DNA of 64,000 bases from Bilabrum cf. latius. Taxonomy: Eukaryota. A program made the position numbers and the translations under genes. Below, piece after piece: positions 1 through 13,844 of this stretch. The first letter of the stretch is position 1, and each line of letters opens with the position of its first letter. Under the pieces are notes generated by a model. The model saw only the letters and a list, made by a program, of their open reading frames with translations. It did no database searches and was not told the DNA's origin. The stretch covers positions 248,001 through 312,000 of the forward strand of contig OZ237756.1 in NCBI GenBank assembly GCA_965178125.1, in the 5' to 3' direction.

Positions 1-264
1 AAGCATCCAGCATCTAGTATCGGCGCTTCCATCAGAGCAGCCAGCTGTCTTTCGGGCCAGTCTTTTTACGGCGTGGACCCCATCCGAATGGATGACATGG
101 ACTTTTCTTTCTTCCAGTCCGCACTATCGCCGCTTGTTCCGGCGTCCCCATCTGGATATTGATTTTTAGCACCACCATACTCCTTATGGCTTCAACACCT
201 GGTGTCCCCGTACGCTCGGATCTAGATGTACCAGGGTCGGACAGAATGACGCGAGTTCGAGGTT

Positions 265-3200
265 TCACCTATCTCGAAACCGAACCGATACATCTACACT
301 GAGTGGTACATCCTCGAGACGCTCATTCTTAGAGTGTACATGCACATACAGAGAGGGCTCTTGCACCGTGACCCCGACGTGCCATTGGAGCGGCTCCTCT
401 GACTCGGTCTCACCATCCATGGGTTGGCACGATTGTGCCCGGGACTGCCCACCAGCGCCGTGCGGGTCCAAAAACACCATGACGTTGATCGTTTCCGCCG
501 CAGCCTCAGTGCCGCAGCGCGGTACACGTCTAGCAAGCACCGCAAATCGGCCCATGGTATTCGAATACAGCGTCCACGGACAGCCATCCAGGACATCGAT
601 CAGCACGTCGGTTTCCTCGATCTCTGCTTCAGCGTCGGCCGAATCAGAGCCGAAACACATGCCAGAAAGCGTGAATAATGCAAATGAGAGCCCTGGATCT
701 GCGGGTGCATCGCATTTGACTCGACTTGGGAATGCCTCATTCCGGGAGGTATCTTCTGCCGGCACGCTCTCTCTGTCGACAGAGCCAGCAGCACCACCGG
801 CCACGCCACCCGCACTAGCCCCAGCAGACTTGACACCAGTTCTAGCCCCAGCACCATCGTCGCCAGTACTAGCCTTCTCACCCTTGCTGCCTGCCCTTGC
901 CTCCGCACCGTCGCTACTAGCTCTAGTAGCTGCAGCGGCTTTAGCTTCATCCTCACGATCACGCCTGATGCCAGAGATATCTGCATCGATGCGAAGCAGC
1001 GAATCAAATGCAGGCTCACCGCCGGGCTCTGCGTGAATAACCAGCCTAGTCATTGTGCTACAACTCGCATCTGTACAAATAGTTTCGCGTAGCTCATCTT
1101 TCAGCTGGTAAGGGCCACCGCCGGCAGCCTGATGTATCGCAACGTGCACACCGGGGAATCGGCTCGTTGATTGACACTCGCTGCCTTCTGGTTCAATTTT
1201 TTTGAAGCAGCCACACCGGTACGTAAGCAGCACAGGGTCACACGCATCCTCACTGGGGTCGCATAGGGCTGGAAGCAGATCCGCACGCGGTACTTTCCAC
1301 GATTCAAGGTCGGTCGAGGCCATGTCCCTCATCACCAATCTCTAGTCCTCCCGACCTGCCATAGTATCTGCGAGCTGTGCCTCCAGCCATCCCTCACCAA
1401 CACCAAAAGGGGCGGACGCTGCTATCGCCAGCTCCACATCCTTGTTGTTGGCTTGCAGCAGATGGAAACCCTTGGTCACGTCGACGATCTGCAGCGTACT
1501 GGCCATGGTGATCAGCGATCTGGTCACACGAGGCGCCGAAAATGAAGTACCCCGCGTGGTTTCACGTCCCTAGACGAGTGTCTCAAAATCAACTTTGTTG
1601 ATTCCCTCACCCTAGGCGAATACATCGACAGCACGGCCGTAGTGAGAAAACCCGGACATGCGCACAAAAGGCTCTGCTGCTCGGCCAGCATGGGATGCAG
1701 CATATTGATCAGAAGCATCCGGCACTGGGACAGCGTGGGATCCCACGCAAATCACACCCTTGGCATTGCAAGGGTAGGAGTCGGCGGCATTCATGTGATT
1801 GTTGCCAGCTGCGGCCACAAGAAGGAAGCCCAGGTTGTGCAGCACATCGGAAAAGTGATCCAGCTCCTCTGAGATCCTGATCATAGTCTCCGCTCTGATG
1901 GGAGGCCTCTTGGTTCCGACCGCCTGCTTTCTTCCGTCCCAGTTCGTAATGGCCATATTCACCACCCCTAGGACGGTCCCATCACGAAAAGAGGCGCCCA
2001 TGGATTGTCGGATCGTCAGCTGCACATCCTGAGCCATGTGCACTATCGCAGCCAGTCCCCAGCCAGCGAATGATGCGCGCTGCTGCGGCTTGGGAGCTGC
2101 ACCATCTGCTCCACCCTCAGCATGATCTGAAGAAAGCGGGATACTCCCGGAGTCGGGGCGTCCTGCCTTGATCGTTGAGGGTAGGTCAACGAGCTGGCGC
2201 GCCTCGTCACTCGGCAAACCACCATAATTCTTGCCCGGTTTATCCCATGCCGCACCAATGACTCGCACTGGCACGATGATCGACCGCATCCCCGGCCCGC
2301 CACATGCCTCCTTTGCGACCGTGGTGCCATGCCAGTCCTTATTATTAGTAGGCAAGGACGCGTCCTCTGCATGCCCATCAGGATTCAGCATGGACACCCC
2401 TGTTGACACCCTGCTCGTTGGCGAGTCCTTCGAATGCCCGCCAGTGGCCTGAAACAAAGCCTTCTCGACCCAGTCGAATGCACCTTCGGACTGAAACCCA
2501 GAGTAGCGACGGTGCACACCAGAATCTAGGAAGAAAACGACCTGGTGCCGATCGGTCCTCTCCACGGGAAGGCCAGCCATGTCAACGTTGTCACCGCCAG
2601 CAGCTTCTTGTGCCGCTTCTGGACCACCGGCCCCAGAAGCAGCACCCCCAGCGCCCCCAATGCTGGCAGAAGCAGCTCCCCCCGCGCGTTCACTTCCTTC
2701 TGCAGGTGCATGCGCTGCATCACCATCGCCACCACCCTCCTCGCCGCTACCCCCTGCATGGCCATCTGCAGCTGGGGGCTCGCCAACACCGTGCAGAAGC
2801 GGGCCCTGCCGGCTGCCAGCCCCTGACGATGCCTCCAGGTGAAGCAGGCTGGAGTTGGTCGACGGGATGAGCTGCCCGTGGGCTCTTGTCACGAAGGGCA
2901 TCGATGGGTGATGCGCGGCACCCCCAAACTACTGACTGCCCCTCAGGTTGGGTAGATCGCCAGCCAGCTGCACGGCCGGGTCCTCGTAGTATCCGGAGTC
3001 GCCGATGGCACCGGTTGCAACCAGCGCTTGAACCACCTCATCAGTCGTGCATGCAGACATGCCGATCACAGCGGGCTGAGGAATCAGGACTTCATCATTT
3101 GCGCATTTCTCGCCAAGCGCCGTAAGCGAAGCCATAAGATGATCCACCGTATGGTCATCCGAAGAGTGCGGCGATGATGTTCCCGGCTCGGAGGCAAGAC

Positions 3201-4250
3201 CCCCAAGCTCCGTGAGAAGCGCCTGGCTGAAGGAAGGAGGGAGGCCGTGGGGAGTGTTCTCGCTCGGCCGGTACCCGCCAATGCTCAGGTGGTACTGGAA
3301 TGGCATCTCGACACCCGGGAGACTCGCCAGATGCAGGCCCATGGACACGGCAGCCGCTCGCTGGGCCTCTGCTGCCACGGCCATGCCGATCCCAACCGTC
3401 AGTGGAGTCCCGCCGCCGGATGTGCGGCCCTCGATGAACGCATCGATGCCTGCCTGCACCTGGCATGCAGACTCGATCGCAGCCCGGACCTCTTTCTCCT
3501 TCCCCCGGGCCAGCTTGCCAGCCGCCTTGACGACGCACCCCTGCACCCCGCTGCTGGCTGGGCTCGAGGAGGAGGAGGAGGAGGAGGAGGAGGAGGGGTC
3601 CTCTGGCCTGGCGGCCTCGCTGAAGCGGACCTGACTAGCCCCGGATTCCGGTGGCCCCTTGAGACTCGTTTCTCGCTTCTGCGCATCGAAAGCGTCAATT
3701 GTATCCGCCTGAAGCGTGTCTGTAGTAGGTTCCTCCGGCGATGGCTTCACCCGGGCCTCCTTGATGTCCTCTGCAAGCTGGCGAGAGGCTGCGGCGAGCT
3801 CCTCGGCGACCATCTTCGGATCTGCGAGCATAGCAGATGATATCAGCTCCCCTGCCTTGTCCCACTCAAATGCATTCACATGAAAGATCATGTGCTTGCA
3901 CTGGTGGCCCGGACTAGCGTCTCTCTCAGGCTCAGGATCGGCCCCACCGGTGGAGCCAGCGGACCCTCCGGTCGATTCAGGCGGTGGGTCGTTCGGTTCT
4001 GCGGAGGGGACACCACGGAGAACAGACAGCAGATGCTGGGGAAATGTATCAGCAGAAACAACAATATGCGGGAAGGTGATGGCAGTTTGCGATATTGCTG
4101 CCGTTCTGCCTCACCTCTGGCTCGCATAACCGCTTGGTTTGCGCCCGTCTTTCGGTACACTCTCGAGCTGCCTCCCTTTAAAGCACCCGATTTGGCAATG
4201 GTAGAGCCCATGCATATAGCCATGATGCAAGCGGCTGCAACCGTGCGCAT
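265..4250 (-). CDS. Secreted subtilisin-like serine protease (peptidase S8), read with TAG=Gln; probable intron 4114-3999
   Basis: ORFs 2929-3891, 1612-2901, 1342-1527 and 265-1338 share a frame and are separated only by TAG (2929, 1612, 1570, 1342). Catalytic motifs are in order: FFLDSG (Asp), HGTTVA (His), AAAGN (oxyanion Asn), GTSFSAP (Ser, which lies after two TAGs). A signal-peptide-like MRTVAAACIMAICMG starts at 4250 and joins in phase via GTGAGG...CCGCAG. The TGA at 265 could instead be a splice donor. Confidence 0.8.
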
Positions 4251-5426
4251 GCCTGGTGTTCAAGAATGGACGGCGAATCTACCGGTCGAAATGCGAGAGC
4301 GAATCCCATGGAAGCTTCGCTCGCAAGCACCAGCAACCGACAAGCGACCGCGCTGCAAAATCACAGCTAATCTACAGCGCACCATGCCTACTGGCAGGTG
4401 GAGCTACGCCTAGCATGTAGGCTGCACAACCGGTTTCAAACATTCGTCGAGAACTAGACGGACCATCACGAGCGGCGACGGATCAAGGCAGAAACGGACT
4501 CAGTGTTGCTGCAGTCGTCCCAGACTGCTAGCTTTCAGACGTCTAAATTGAGGTTTACCAAGCCATAGCTGCTCAACTGTTACTAAGATACTGGTTTCAT
4601 GCTCAATATCGCTACCAGCTGAAAGCTGCTGCGCTAGCGAATCGTCTCGAGGCTGTGGCTCCACCTCTGCTGGGATGCTGAATCCTTGGCGTCCGGTCAA
4701 TCACGTAGTAATCAAGCCTAATCAGCGTTGGGTGGCGGGTTGCTTGCACCGTGTCTTCAGAGTTCTTATGGCAGAGTATGGCCTCTGCTGTACGAGATGC
4801 TTTGCGCCTATTGCATCACCAAGCCAACATGGTACGCTCAAAAAGTGACAGAGCTAGGCAGTTATGATATTCATACTGCGTGTACTATGTCACGGTATGC
4901 ATCTACGGAAACGAGTTTGCCAACATCGTAAACAGCGGGACAAGCGCGAATGAGCCCAACTGCAACTACATCCAGCGGTCTGCTAGGGCGCAAGTCAAGA
5001 CCTCTCAACCATGACATGCCTCTTCGCACACCATCTCAGCCTGCATATGGATCCCTGCGACGTGACGCTCGAAACATCGTCAGCCCAAGGGGAGTGTGGT
5101 TGTCGCGAACAACGAGTTGCGGTGCTCTCCGACTCTTGAATTGCCAGCCGGCTGGCGTGCAATCTATGCAGTATGTACACTGCGAATTCTAGAAATCAAA
5201 TAGTCGTCCATGGTATTAGCTTCCACGTCGGTGCGTGCGTGGTGCACTGCAAATTGTCCGCCTTTGATGATCACAAAATGAGACTAATTTAACACGCAAC
5301 TTGAACTCGACACGCGCCGCTCCAGGAATCAGGCGCACACATTGCTGCGAGCACTGTTGAGACCAATAATTCACAGACATATAGACCTTGTTTGAATCAC
5401 GAAGCTGGCTTCTCGTCCCGTCGGTG

Positions 5427-5546
5427 CCCGTCCGACAGCCGCAGGTAGACCGGGCTCTCCGCCGTGACGCCCTGCACTGCACCCACCCGCCCGACAGCCG
5501 CAGGTATAGACCGGGCTCTCCGCCGTGCCACCCTGCACTACACCCG
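5427..5546. repeat. Two-copy ~60-bp direct repeat
   Basis: ccgacagccgcaggta(ta)gaccgggctctccgccgtg...ccctgcact occurs twice in tandem. Confidence 0.7.
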
Positions 5547-5989
5547 TTGTTCGACGGGGCGTGAGCCGCAAATGCCACACACGGTTTCTAGAGCTTGGAT
5601 TTCGTCACATGCCCGTCAGCACGCTCGCAGATCACCCCCCCCCCCCCCCCTCGAGTGTCCACGTCTGCCCTCCATCCCTCCGGCAGCGGTTCCTACGGCT
5701 CGGTGCTCGTCTCGAACAGCGAGGCAGACACCAGCTCCTGTCCCTGGGCCCAGGCTACGGGAGGCACGATATAATCCGGATTCAGCACCAGTATGAGCGC
5801 TATCCCCAGACCCAGTTCAAGCTCCAGTTCCAGCACCGGCAGAATCATCGGGCCAGCTTGTACATCGTCACAGTGTACATCGTCAGCCTTGACCTTACTG
5901 CTCACTCCTACTCGTACCTAACTTTGCTGGGCCCTCGACCATTTACTCCTACGCTTTGGCTGCGTTGCATCCGTGCATTCAACCGCTAG

Positions 5990-6452
5990 ACTCTGGCCCA
6001 TCACTGCCCGTGCCCGAAGGACAGCCTCATCGTGGCAGCAGGCACCACCATTCATGCCCATCGGATCTCCTCTGAAGCACCCCTGGCCCATCACTGCCCG
6101 TGCCCGAAGGACAGCCTCATCGTGGCAGCAGGCACCACCCATTCATGCCCATCAGATCTCCTCTGAAGCACCCCTGGCCCATCACTGCCCGTGCCCGAAG
6201 GACAGCCTCATCGTGGCAGCAGGCACCACCCATTCATGCCCATCAGATCTCCTCTGAAGCACCCCTGGCCCATCACTGCCCGTGCCCGAAGGACAGCCTC
6301 ATCGTGGTAGCAGGCACCACCCATTCATGCCCATCAGATCTCCTCTGCAGCACCCCTGGCCCATCACTGCCCGTGCCCGAAGGACAGCCTCATTGTGGCA
6401 GCAGGCACCACCCATTCATGCCCATCAGATCTCCTCTGCAGCACCCCAGGCC
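5990..6452. repeat. ~91-bp minisatellite, ~5 copies
   Basis: Unit ctggcccatcactgcccgtgcccgaaggacagcctcatcgtggcagcaggcaccacccattcatgcccatcagatctcctctgaagcaccc starts at about 5993, 6083, 6174, 6265, 6356. Confidence 0.9.
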
Positions 6453-6599
6453 CACTTCGGAACACCCAGTCGCCCCTTCCCCCATCCCGCCTGTGCAGAT
6501 TCAGCCCATCGGTCCGAAGCATCCACCCTAACCCAGGGCTCACGTGAGAGGAAGAACCCACGCCTTGAACTCCCACGGTGCCACTCCCCTGGCTTACAC

Positions 6600-7593
6600 T
6601 AGCCCCTCCCCCTACTGCATCCACCCCACCAAGTTGATCCTCATCTTGATCTTCATTTTCATCTTCATCGCCAGTGCCCCGCACCATCGCCCGCACCTCG
6701 TCGTCCATCACCAGACCAGCGGTCCCATCTCCTCCAGCGTCTCCGCACCCGTCACCTGCGCCACTATATGCCTCGTTTGTACTAGATCGGAGCTGCACTT
6801 GGTCCAGCATAACACCCTGATCTTTGCTGCTGCTTTGTCTGCCCACTATCAAAGCTCCTGAGGACATGGTGGACCCAGCGGCTGAGGCAGAGGCGGCGGC
6901 AGCGGCTGCAGCTGCAGCTCCGCTGCTGCTGCCATGCTGAGACTTCCCAGAGGAGGGACCAGCGGGACCTGATGACGACGATGGCATGGATTGGGCTGTG
7001 TCGCCCCCTGTACCCTCTGTTGGTGCTGCAGATGCATTCGAGCTGCTCTTCATCTTCATCGGGGTCTGCACCCCATGTCCCTGTCCCGCCGCCGCACTGG
7101 AAGAACCCAGTCCTACGATACCATTATCCTCTCTCCCACCCACCGTGTCACCATTACCTCTACCATCATCAGCGCCATCCTCCTCCTCGACCGTGAAGGA
7201 GAACTCGTCAATGACGTCGGCCTCGTCAGTCTCCATCGCTGCACTCGCGGGAACCGAGCCCTGCATATTCAGCATGGTCCCAATAGGCGCACTTTCCTCT
7301 CCGGATTCACCGAGCCGCTTGGATGAGGAGGACGTACTTGCTGCTCCTGCTGGCGGTGCTGCTCCTCTCTCTCGTGGTAGGCCGGATGTTCTTGCTTCGA
7401 GTGGTTCGCCCCCTTCCATGGCAGGCTGAGAGGGTCCAAATGAATTTATTGATTTATCGTGGCCTGCTCTGCTCGCAGGTCCACCGAGCAAACCTTCCTC
7501 GGCTGCCTGTTGCGCAGCAGAATCTCCTTGAGCAGCCGCCACCGCGAGCTGCATGGCACGATGAAGTGATTGGGAGTCGCAGTCTACCGACAT
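6600..7593 (-). CDS. Hypothetical Ser/Gly/Ala/Asp-rich low-complexity protein (exon; boundaries uncertain)
   Basis: Long ORF 6364-7593 with composition like neighbouring genes. It runs into the 91-bp repeat, so it is probably spliced near 6596 (GTAAGC). The frame stays open upstream through a TAG at ~7651. No domain recognised. Confidence 0.4.
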
Positions 7594-8117
7594 AGAATGC
7601 TCACTTGGGACACTTTCATAGCAATTTAACGCTAGATGAACGGAAGCTAGCTAGACTTGAGGGTTTGATCTCGTTGCCGCATTGCGATTCGGAAGGCTGT
7701 CCTCGGCCGTATCGGGCAAAGCGTCGTGCCATTGCTGCGATGATTTTGTAGACTTCAGTGAATATATATAATGCAGGGCCAGGTTGTAGAAGCGAACGAC
7801 GGAGGCAGCAGTCTTGAAGTATCACATTTACTAGCTCCCTGATGTAGCTTGAGTCTATCCCCAACCTCGGGCCCAAGCTGCCAGCAACCTGCAGCAACCT
7901 ATCTCGCACTCGCTTATGGACAATATCCATCGCATCAAATTGAAAGGAAGGAGGTAATCATGGTGTATTAGGCTAAACAAGTACACGAACCTGGTGTTGC
8001 ACTCTCGTGAACTGCACCTTCTAGAGCAAACACAAATGCGACTGCCTTGCTGCGTCTCACGGTCAGTCACTACGGTAAATTCGGCCCAAACAACAAATCT
8101 CGAAGCACCTCGATGAG

Positions 8118-10672
8118 TCACCCCTCCCCCGCAGTCCCCAACCCCCCACGATCATCGCCACCTGCATTACCATCACTCCCCTGCTGCCCAGTCGCCTCAC
8201 CGTCTTCCTTTGCTTCTGCACCCGTCCTTCCATCCGCCTCTGCCTCCGCCTGCTTGGCAAGATGCACGGCTAGCGACGCACTCGCCGCCTGCTCCCCCTC
8301 GATCCTCCTCCTCTCCTCCTCGCTCAGCCCTCCCGACTGCTTCTCCTCCTCGGTCAGCTCGCCCACATGCTCCCCGCCAGCACCATCTTGTTCTTCACCA
8401 TCCTCCCCCTGCTGGTGCTGTTGTTCCCTGGGGGCCTGGGGGGGCACATGCGGCTAACCCCCGCCCGGCTAGTCACCACCCCCTGAGCTGCCGTCAGGCT
8501 GCTGCTCCGCCTCTGCTTCGCGAAGGTTCGCCATGCTCTGGCTGTGGCCCTCCCGCCCCCCGGCGGTTACCTGCCTCTTGAGCATACCTGGGGGACCACC
8601 ACTCTCCGATGGGGAGTCGCCGCCCCCGCCCAGCACCGGGGGACCATCACTCTCCGCCCCCTCCACCCCTCGCTGAAAGCCCCCAGTGGCGTCCTCTCCC
8701 GGAGAGGGGCTCGTCTCCAGCGGAACCGGCGCCGCGCTTCCAGAGGTGCCAGGCCTTTGCTCCCCCTCCTCCACGGAACCCTTGGAGCCGATATCCCCCT
8801 CCCCCTCCCCCTGCCCCTCCCCGCCACCCCTCCTCGGGGTCAGCATGGACATCTGCTGCGCCTCGCGGACTTCCTGAGAGCCAGGAAGCGGCAGGCCAAG
8901 GCCGGCAGTTGCGGAACCGGAGGATTGCGCGGCGCCACGACCGGACTGGTGGCTCGTTGTGGGACGGCCACTCTCCGGAACGTACGGCCTTGATTGCGCG
9001 GCGCCGCTTGGGGGCAGTCCTGCGGAACCTCCCATGTCGGTGACCTCGTGCCTCCCTCGATACCCCACCCCAACGCCTCTCCCGCTCAGCCCTAGACCTG
9101 CTCCTGCCCCGGCTCGCCTGCCCCCCACATGCCCATCGTCGAACTCGTCGTCCTCATACCCATCCTCTTCATCCTCATCGCCGTCGCCGTCGCCGTACCC
9201 ACCCCCGGCACCCATCGGGACGTAGCGCCCCTCCGGGTCCGCGTACCCGGGGGCTGGCCTGCGCCCACTCGTCACACCCCTCCCATCACTCGTCACACCG
9301 CCACTACCCCCCTACTCCCTCCTCCGCCTGTGTCTCTCCTCCTGCTCCTGCTCCGCCTCCTGCTCCAGCTCCTTCTTCAGAGTCCTCATGTACTTGGGGA
9401 TGGGCTTGGCCTTGAATCCACCACCCTTTCCTCCGCTACCGCCATTCTTGCCCTTGCCCCTCCCTCCTCCCAGCCCCGATCGCTCCCTCGCCAGCTGCCG
9501 GCTGCTCTTCCGGTTTCTCTCGATGTTCCGCAAGGCCTGGGCCTGCGACTGCCGCAGTGCACTGCAGATGGGGTGCTCCTTCCCTAGGTACACGGTCGCA
9601 ACCTCGACCCCCCTCGAGTAGGCCTTCAGACTGTCCTCGAACCTCCTGAGGAACTCGCACTCCACCCCCGTGTTGTGATAGGCGATGGCCAGTGCAGCCA
9701 CGCGGTCGGGCCTCTAGGCAGCGGGAGCAGCGCCCGACATGCCCCTGTCTCCCTCAAACAGCTCTGCCTGCAGTAGCTCCAGAGCCGCCTGGGCGTGCGT
9801 GAGTGCTTCCTCGTGTCTCTTGAGCTGAGACAATACGGCGCACAGGTTGAGGTGGGTGTCGGAGGGTTGCTGCACCTCGGTGAGGCGGGCCTCCAGGCGG
9901 AGAGCGCGCTGCAGGAATCGGAGGGCCGTGTGCAGCTTGTTCTGGCGGCGGTAGTAGCACGCCAGGTTGTTGTAGGTGACCGCGCGCAGGGAGGAATCTC
10001 GCTCGGTGAGTATTTCCGCTTTCTTCAGCAGCTCTATGACCATGGGAAAGTCTTCCACTTGCAGATACGACATGGCCAGCAGGTTGCAGAGCTCGGCTAG
10101 GCCCCGGCAGTAGGACCAGACCTGCGTGGGAACGCTGGGAAGAGGGTTTAAATACCAGAGAGTTGGAGTGGTGTAGATGCGAGATGGGCCTTTATTTTGC
10201 GCACACGAGGACACCCGATGATGATCGACTGGGGTTCACCTCTTCAGAATCTGCACCAAACAGATGCTATCGCAGCACCAAGGCTCGTTCCATGGCTTCC
10301 AATGCTTCACGATACTTGCCCTGCGCAACAATTAGCGGCAGGAAAGCAACTTAATGTAAGGGAGCAGTCGAGTCTTGACACGACCTTGCAGTTCTGCCAG
10401 CGACCCCAACTTACATCCTTCTTCAACCTTTCGGCGATGTCATCGAGTCTTTGCAGCGATATAAGCTCTGCTCTATGCTTGGCAGCCTGTGGGGCGCGAT
10501 TGAATCGAGCGACTAGAACTCAGATGAAGCGGCACACCGTTTCTAGGGTGAGCAAGTTTTCTGGTATGTACGCTTTCCCGTCTGTGCAGACCGCGAATAC
10601 ACCCCTAGCAACGTTAATCAATCTCACTGCTTCTGCCTAAGCCGCTGTTGCTACCACAGCAGGGCCAGCCAT
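8118..10672 (-). CDS. TPR-repeat protein with long low-complexity C-terminus; exons 10672-10628, 10486-10415, 10320-10240, 10121-8118
   Basis: Phase-0 GT-AG introns join MAGPAVV.../AAKHRAEL.../GKYREALEAMERALVLR[TAG]HLFG.../VWSYCRGLAELCNLLAMSYLQ. TPR motifs AVTYNNLACYYRR, DTHLNLCAVLSQL and AIAYHNTGVE are present. In-frame TAGs at 10637, 10267, 9714, 9312, 8469, 8454; ends TGA. Confidence 0.8.
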
Positions 10673-10746
10673 CGCGAATGTGTGCGAAGAGGAATTTTAT
10701 TTTGCAACGGATACGTGTGACGAGTGCTAAAGCGCTGCTGAATGCA

Positions 10747-13672
10747 TGCTCGCTCGGAACCTCTGGGAGTTTCGACCGGTTCTAACCTCGGGAGAGGTTG
10801 CAACCGGGAATTTTTGACAGTTGGGACAAATTTCGAAATTCCCATATTGCTCAGCTTCTGGTGAGTAACTGGGGTCGTTAGTGGGTGAATCTTATCAGCA
10901 TATTTATCAAAATTGGTTTTGTGTCGCTTTTGGCGCGATGAGTTCAAATCGATCGCTGATATCGCTCGCACCCGACCATGTCTTGCACAGCTGCTCGGCA
11001 AAAAAGGACTTAAAAGGACTTTCCAAAAATTGGCATGTACATTTATATGAATATCACAGTTGCATTTTCTGGATTATAGCCCTGCGCGCCCGGAGGAAAT
11101 TTCAGAATCGCCACCCAAAGTCACGTCGCAAAAACGGTACAATCAGCGATTTCTCCGACCCTGCCGGTAATACGCACAAAACAGCACCACCCGCATGTTT
11201 GTATAATACATTGACAACTTGTTGTCACCGGTGGAGCGTCACGGCGTCTCATCGTCGCGCCCATCTCGCGCTAGTGCGACCATGCGCAGCAGCTTCGCGG
11301 ACGGCCGCCTTCGTCTCTTGGTTGGGTCGGGCACCTTCCAGGCAAGCATCAGGAAATGACTCGAACCCTCCATTGGTATGTGTACCCTCTCGTTTGGCTC
11401 CCCGCCGTCGCCGCCAGGGTCGTCCTACCCGGTCAGGTCCTCGTCCTCACCCGGAGGGCCTCCCTCCATCGACGCCTGCGGGCCCAAATCGTCCACTTCT
11501 CCCGCGTCTTCCTCGCCATCGACGTTTCCTTCTGCTGCTCCCTCTTGGAGCTCATCCTGCCCGTTGAGTTCGTCTCGTCCCCGCTTCGGCCTGGCACTCG
11601 CCGGTCCCGCTGCGTTGGCCCCGCCCCGGGCTTGCTGCCCCGCTCCCCTTGCCGGTTCCTTCTTCTTCTTCTTCTTCCTTTTCTACCTCTGCTTCTGCTT
11701 GCCTACCTTCTGCTTCCGCTCGCGGAGCCACACTGCTTTGCAGAGCGCGTCCCCGAGTGGATCTTCGCTCTCCTCCACCACCGCCCTCGCCCTCATGGCT
11801 GCGGCGGCCCCGGCCCCCTACTTATCCAAAGGGGCTGCTGCCTCTGGAGCTGCACCACCTCAGTCACCCAGCAGTCCAAGTCCCCTTACAGCTTCATCCA
11901 CCCCCTGGCATCCTGCAACAACACCTGCTCAGGCTGTTGCCCCGCTGCAAGAGCCGCCCGGCCTTCAGCCTTGCAGCCCCCGACCGCCGACGCCACAGCC
12001 GCCCGGCCCCCAGCCATGATGCGGTACACTGCGGTCGCCTCGAGCCAAGCGTCCCGCACGCAACGAGCGACATATCCCGCCAGACGGTAAGGGTCCACCA
12101 GCGGTCCCGCGGACACGATCTGGGCCAGACCCGCGGGCTCTTGACTGACCTCGTTCTCCTCGTGCCTCCAGGCAAGGCGCGATGAGCTGGGCCAGCAGGG
12201 CAGCGTGCAGCCGCAGGGAGCGCGCCGTCTTGAGAAACTTTCTAGCCCGGGCATTGCCCCCCGCCCCCTGCCCCCGCCAGCTGGCCACCTCGGGAAACAG
12301 TGCCTCCTTGCCGTGCACGCGGTGCAGCAGCTCGCCGCCCATCACGTGCAGTAGGGCCCCCAGGTCGCTCGCCCGGTCGCACACCTCTCTCATGGCCCAG
12401 CTGCGCACCTTTGGCATCGAGCACATCTTCCTTTGCTTGCGTTTGTCGTTCATCTTGGCAAAGTCCTGCGGCAGCACCTGGATTCCTGTCGCCATTGCCT
12501 ATTCGACTTATTCCGACCGTCTGGCGGGGGGAGCGAGGTATGGGAATACAATGCGCTCCATCACAGTTTCCCACGAGTGTAATGCAGCGCTAAACACTCG
12601 ATATGCCACACCCACGACGGTTTCAACACTCTGCATTCCCTACAAGATGACCGATCCGTTTGGTTCGGTCTCGCGGAACTGCCCCCACATTCACAGCCAC
12701 TCCTTCTTTGCCGAGACGGACAAGAAGCTTGAACCAATTTGAAAAGATACACTTTCTGATACTACTGCTGCTAGTAATTTCGAGGCGAACCCGTCGAGAA
12801 TTGGTGACTGCCTGTCCTCATCGACTCCGAAGATCGATTTCAGCGATGGCATTGCCTGCGCAACTTGTTTAAACCATACACACATGTGATAAATGAGATT
12901 AAAAACGAAATAGCGAGCTGCACGCCCACGATACTCGAACGATCATGGCCAACAATGACAAAAAGGGTCACTTGTACGGGTGTTTTGGCTCTCGGGTTTC
13001 TCTTTATCCCCATCGATCTACGACTTGATAGGCTGCATAATGTAAGTTTTGCACAATATCAATTAACTTAACGCTTCAAAAAATTGGGGACGCCGCTGGG
13101 TCAGATGGTGCAGTCGCTTGAACACGACTGCAATTGCTGCGGCTCGACAACAGCGGTCGTTTCTCCGCTTAATATCAAGATTACATTCCAAATCTGACCA
13201 CATTTCCATTTAAATACACATCAAATATAGATTGAAGCGACATAGAGGTACACTTGACGCGTTTCAGCGGATTTCCAAGTCCGACGTCAGGCCTTCCAAC
13301 CGCTCGAAATCAGCGCGGGCGCCCCGGACGAATTTTTCCTTAATGATCCCAAACGCACCATCATGTCGTTAATTATCGACATACTAAACCAACCTGGTTG
13401 GGGATAAACGCAACTCACCCTGTACCGTCCGCAAATCGGGGAGAAGCAATTTCAGCTAGACAGCCCGAAATGCAAAAGCCATCTGGGACGATTCAAATCA
13501 GCGTCTTCGACAAAATTAACCCAACCTAACTCTCTACTGGATTCTTTCAAACATATTCGGACACAGAAGCTACTCATTATATCGCAAGAAATCGCGTGAT
13601 GTGCCACGATAGGCTCCCGAGCCGACTCTGAGGTTAGAACCGGTCGAAACTCCCAGAGGTTCCGAGCGAGCA
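10747..13672. mobile_element. Putative DNA transposon relic with 43-bp perfect terminal inverted repeats and possible 3-bp GCA target-site duplication
   Basis: tgctcgctcggaacctctgggagtttcgaccggttctaacctc at 10747-10789 has its exact reverse complement at 13630-13672. gca flanks both ends (10744-46, 13673-75). Subterminal regions are AT-richer than the surrounding genes. Confidence 0.7.
11245..12852 (-). pseudogene. Degenerate ORF of unknown function inside the TIR element
   Basis: Coding-like GC-rich segments (11965-12495, 11886-12254, and a Lys/Glu-rich tail) are interrupted by in-frame TGA (12691), TAA (~12508, 11886) and frame changes, unlike the host genes. Confidence 0.45.
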
Positions 13673-13844
13673 GCATGCATGCACGCGCACCTGCTTAATG
13701 CACACTCTTACATCAATTTTTGGCGAATGTGAAGATAGTATGGATACGTATGGTCTTTAGAAGACGATGGAACATGTACGCAACCCTGGACCACAAAAAA
13801 AATACATTGCTGCCAGCGGCACTCACAAGACAACTTTCATCGCG

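Noticed and set aside
4414-5420. Short ORFs in the intergenic stretch
   Set aside because: No recognisable motifs or consistent frame even with TAG read through
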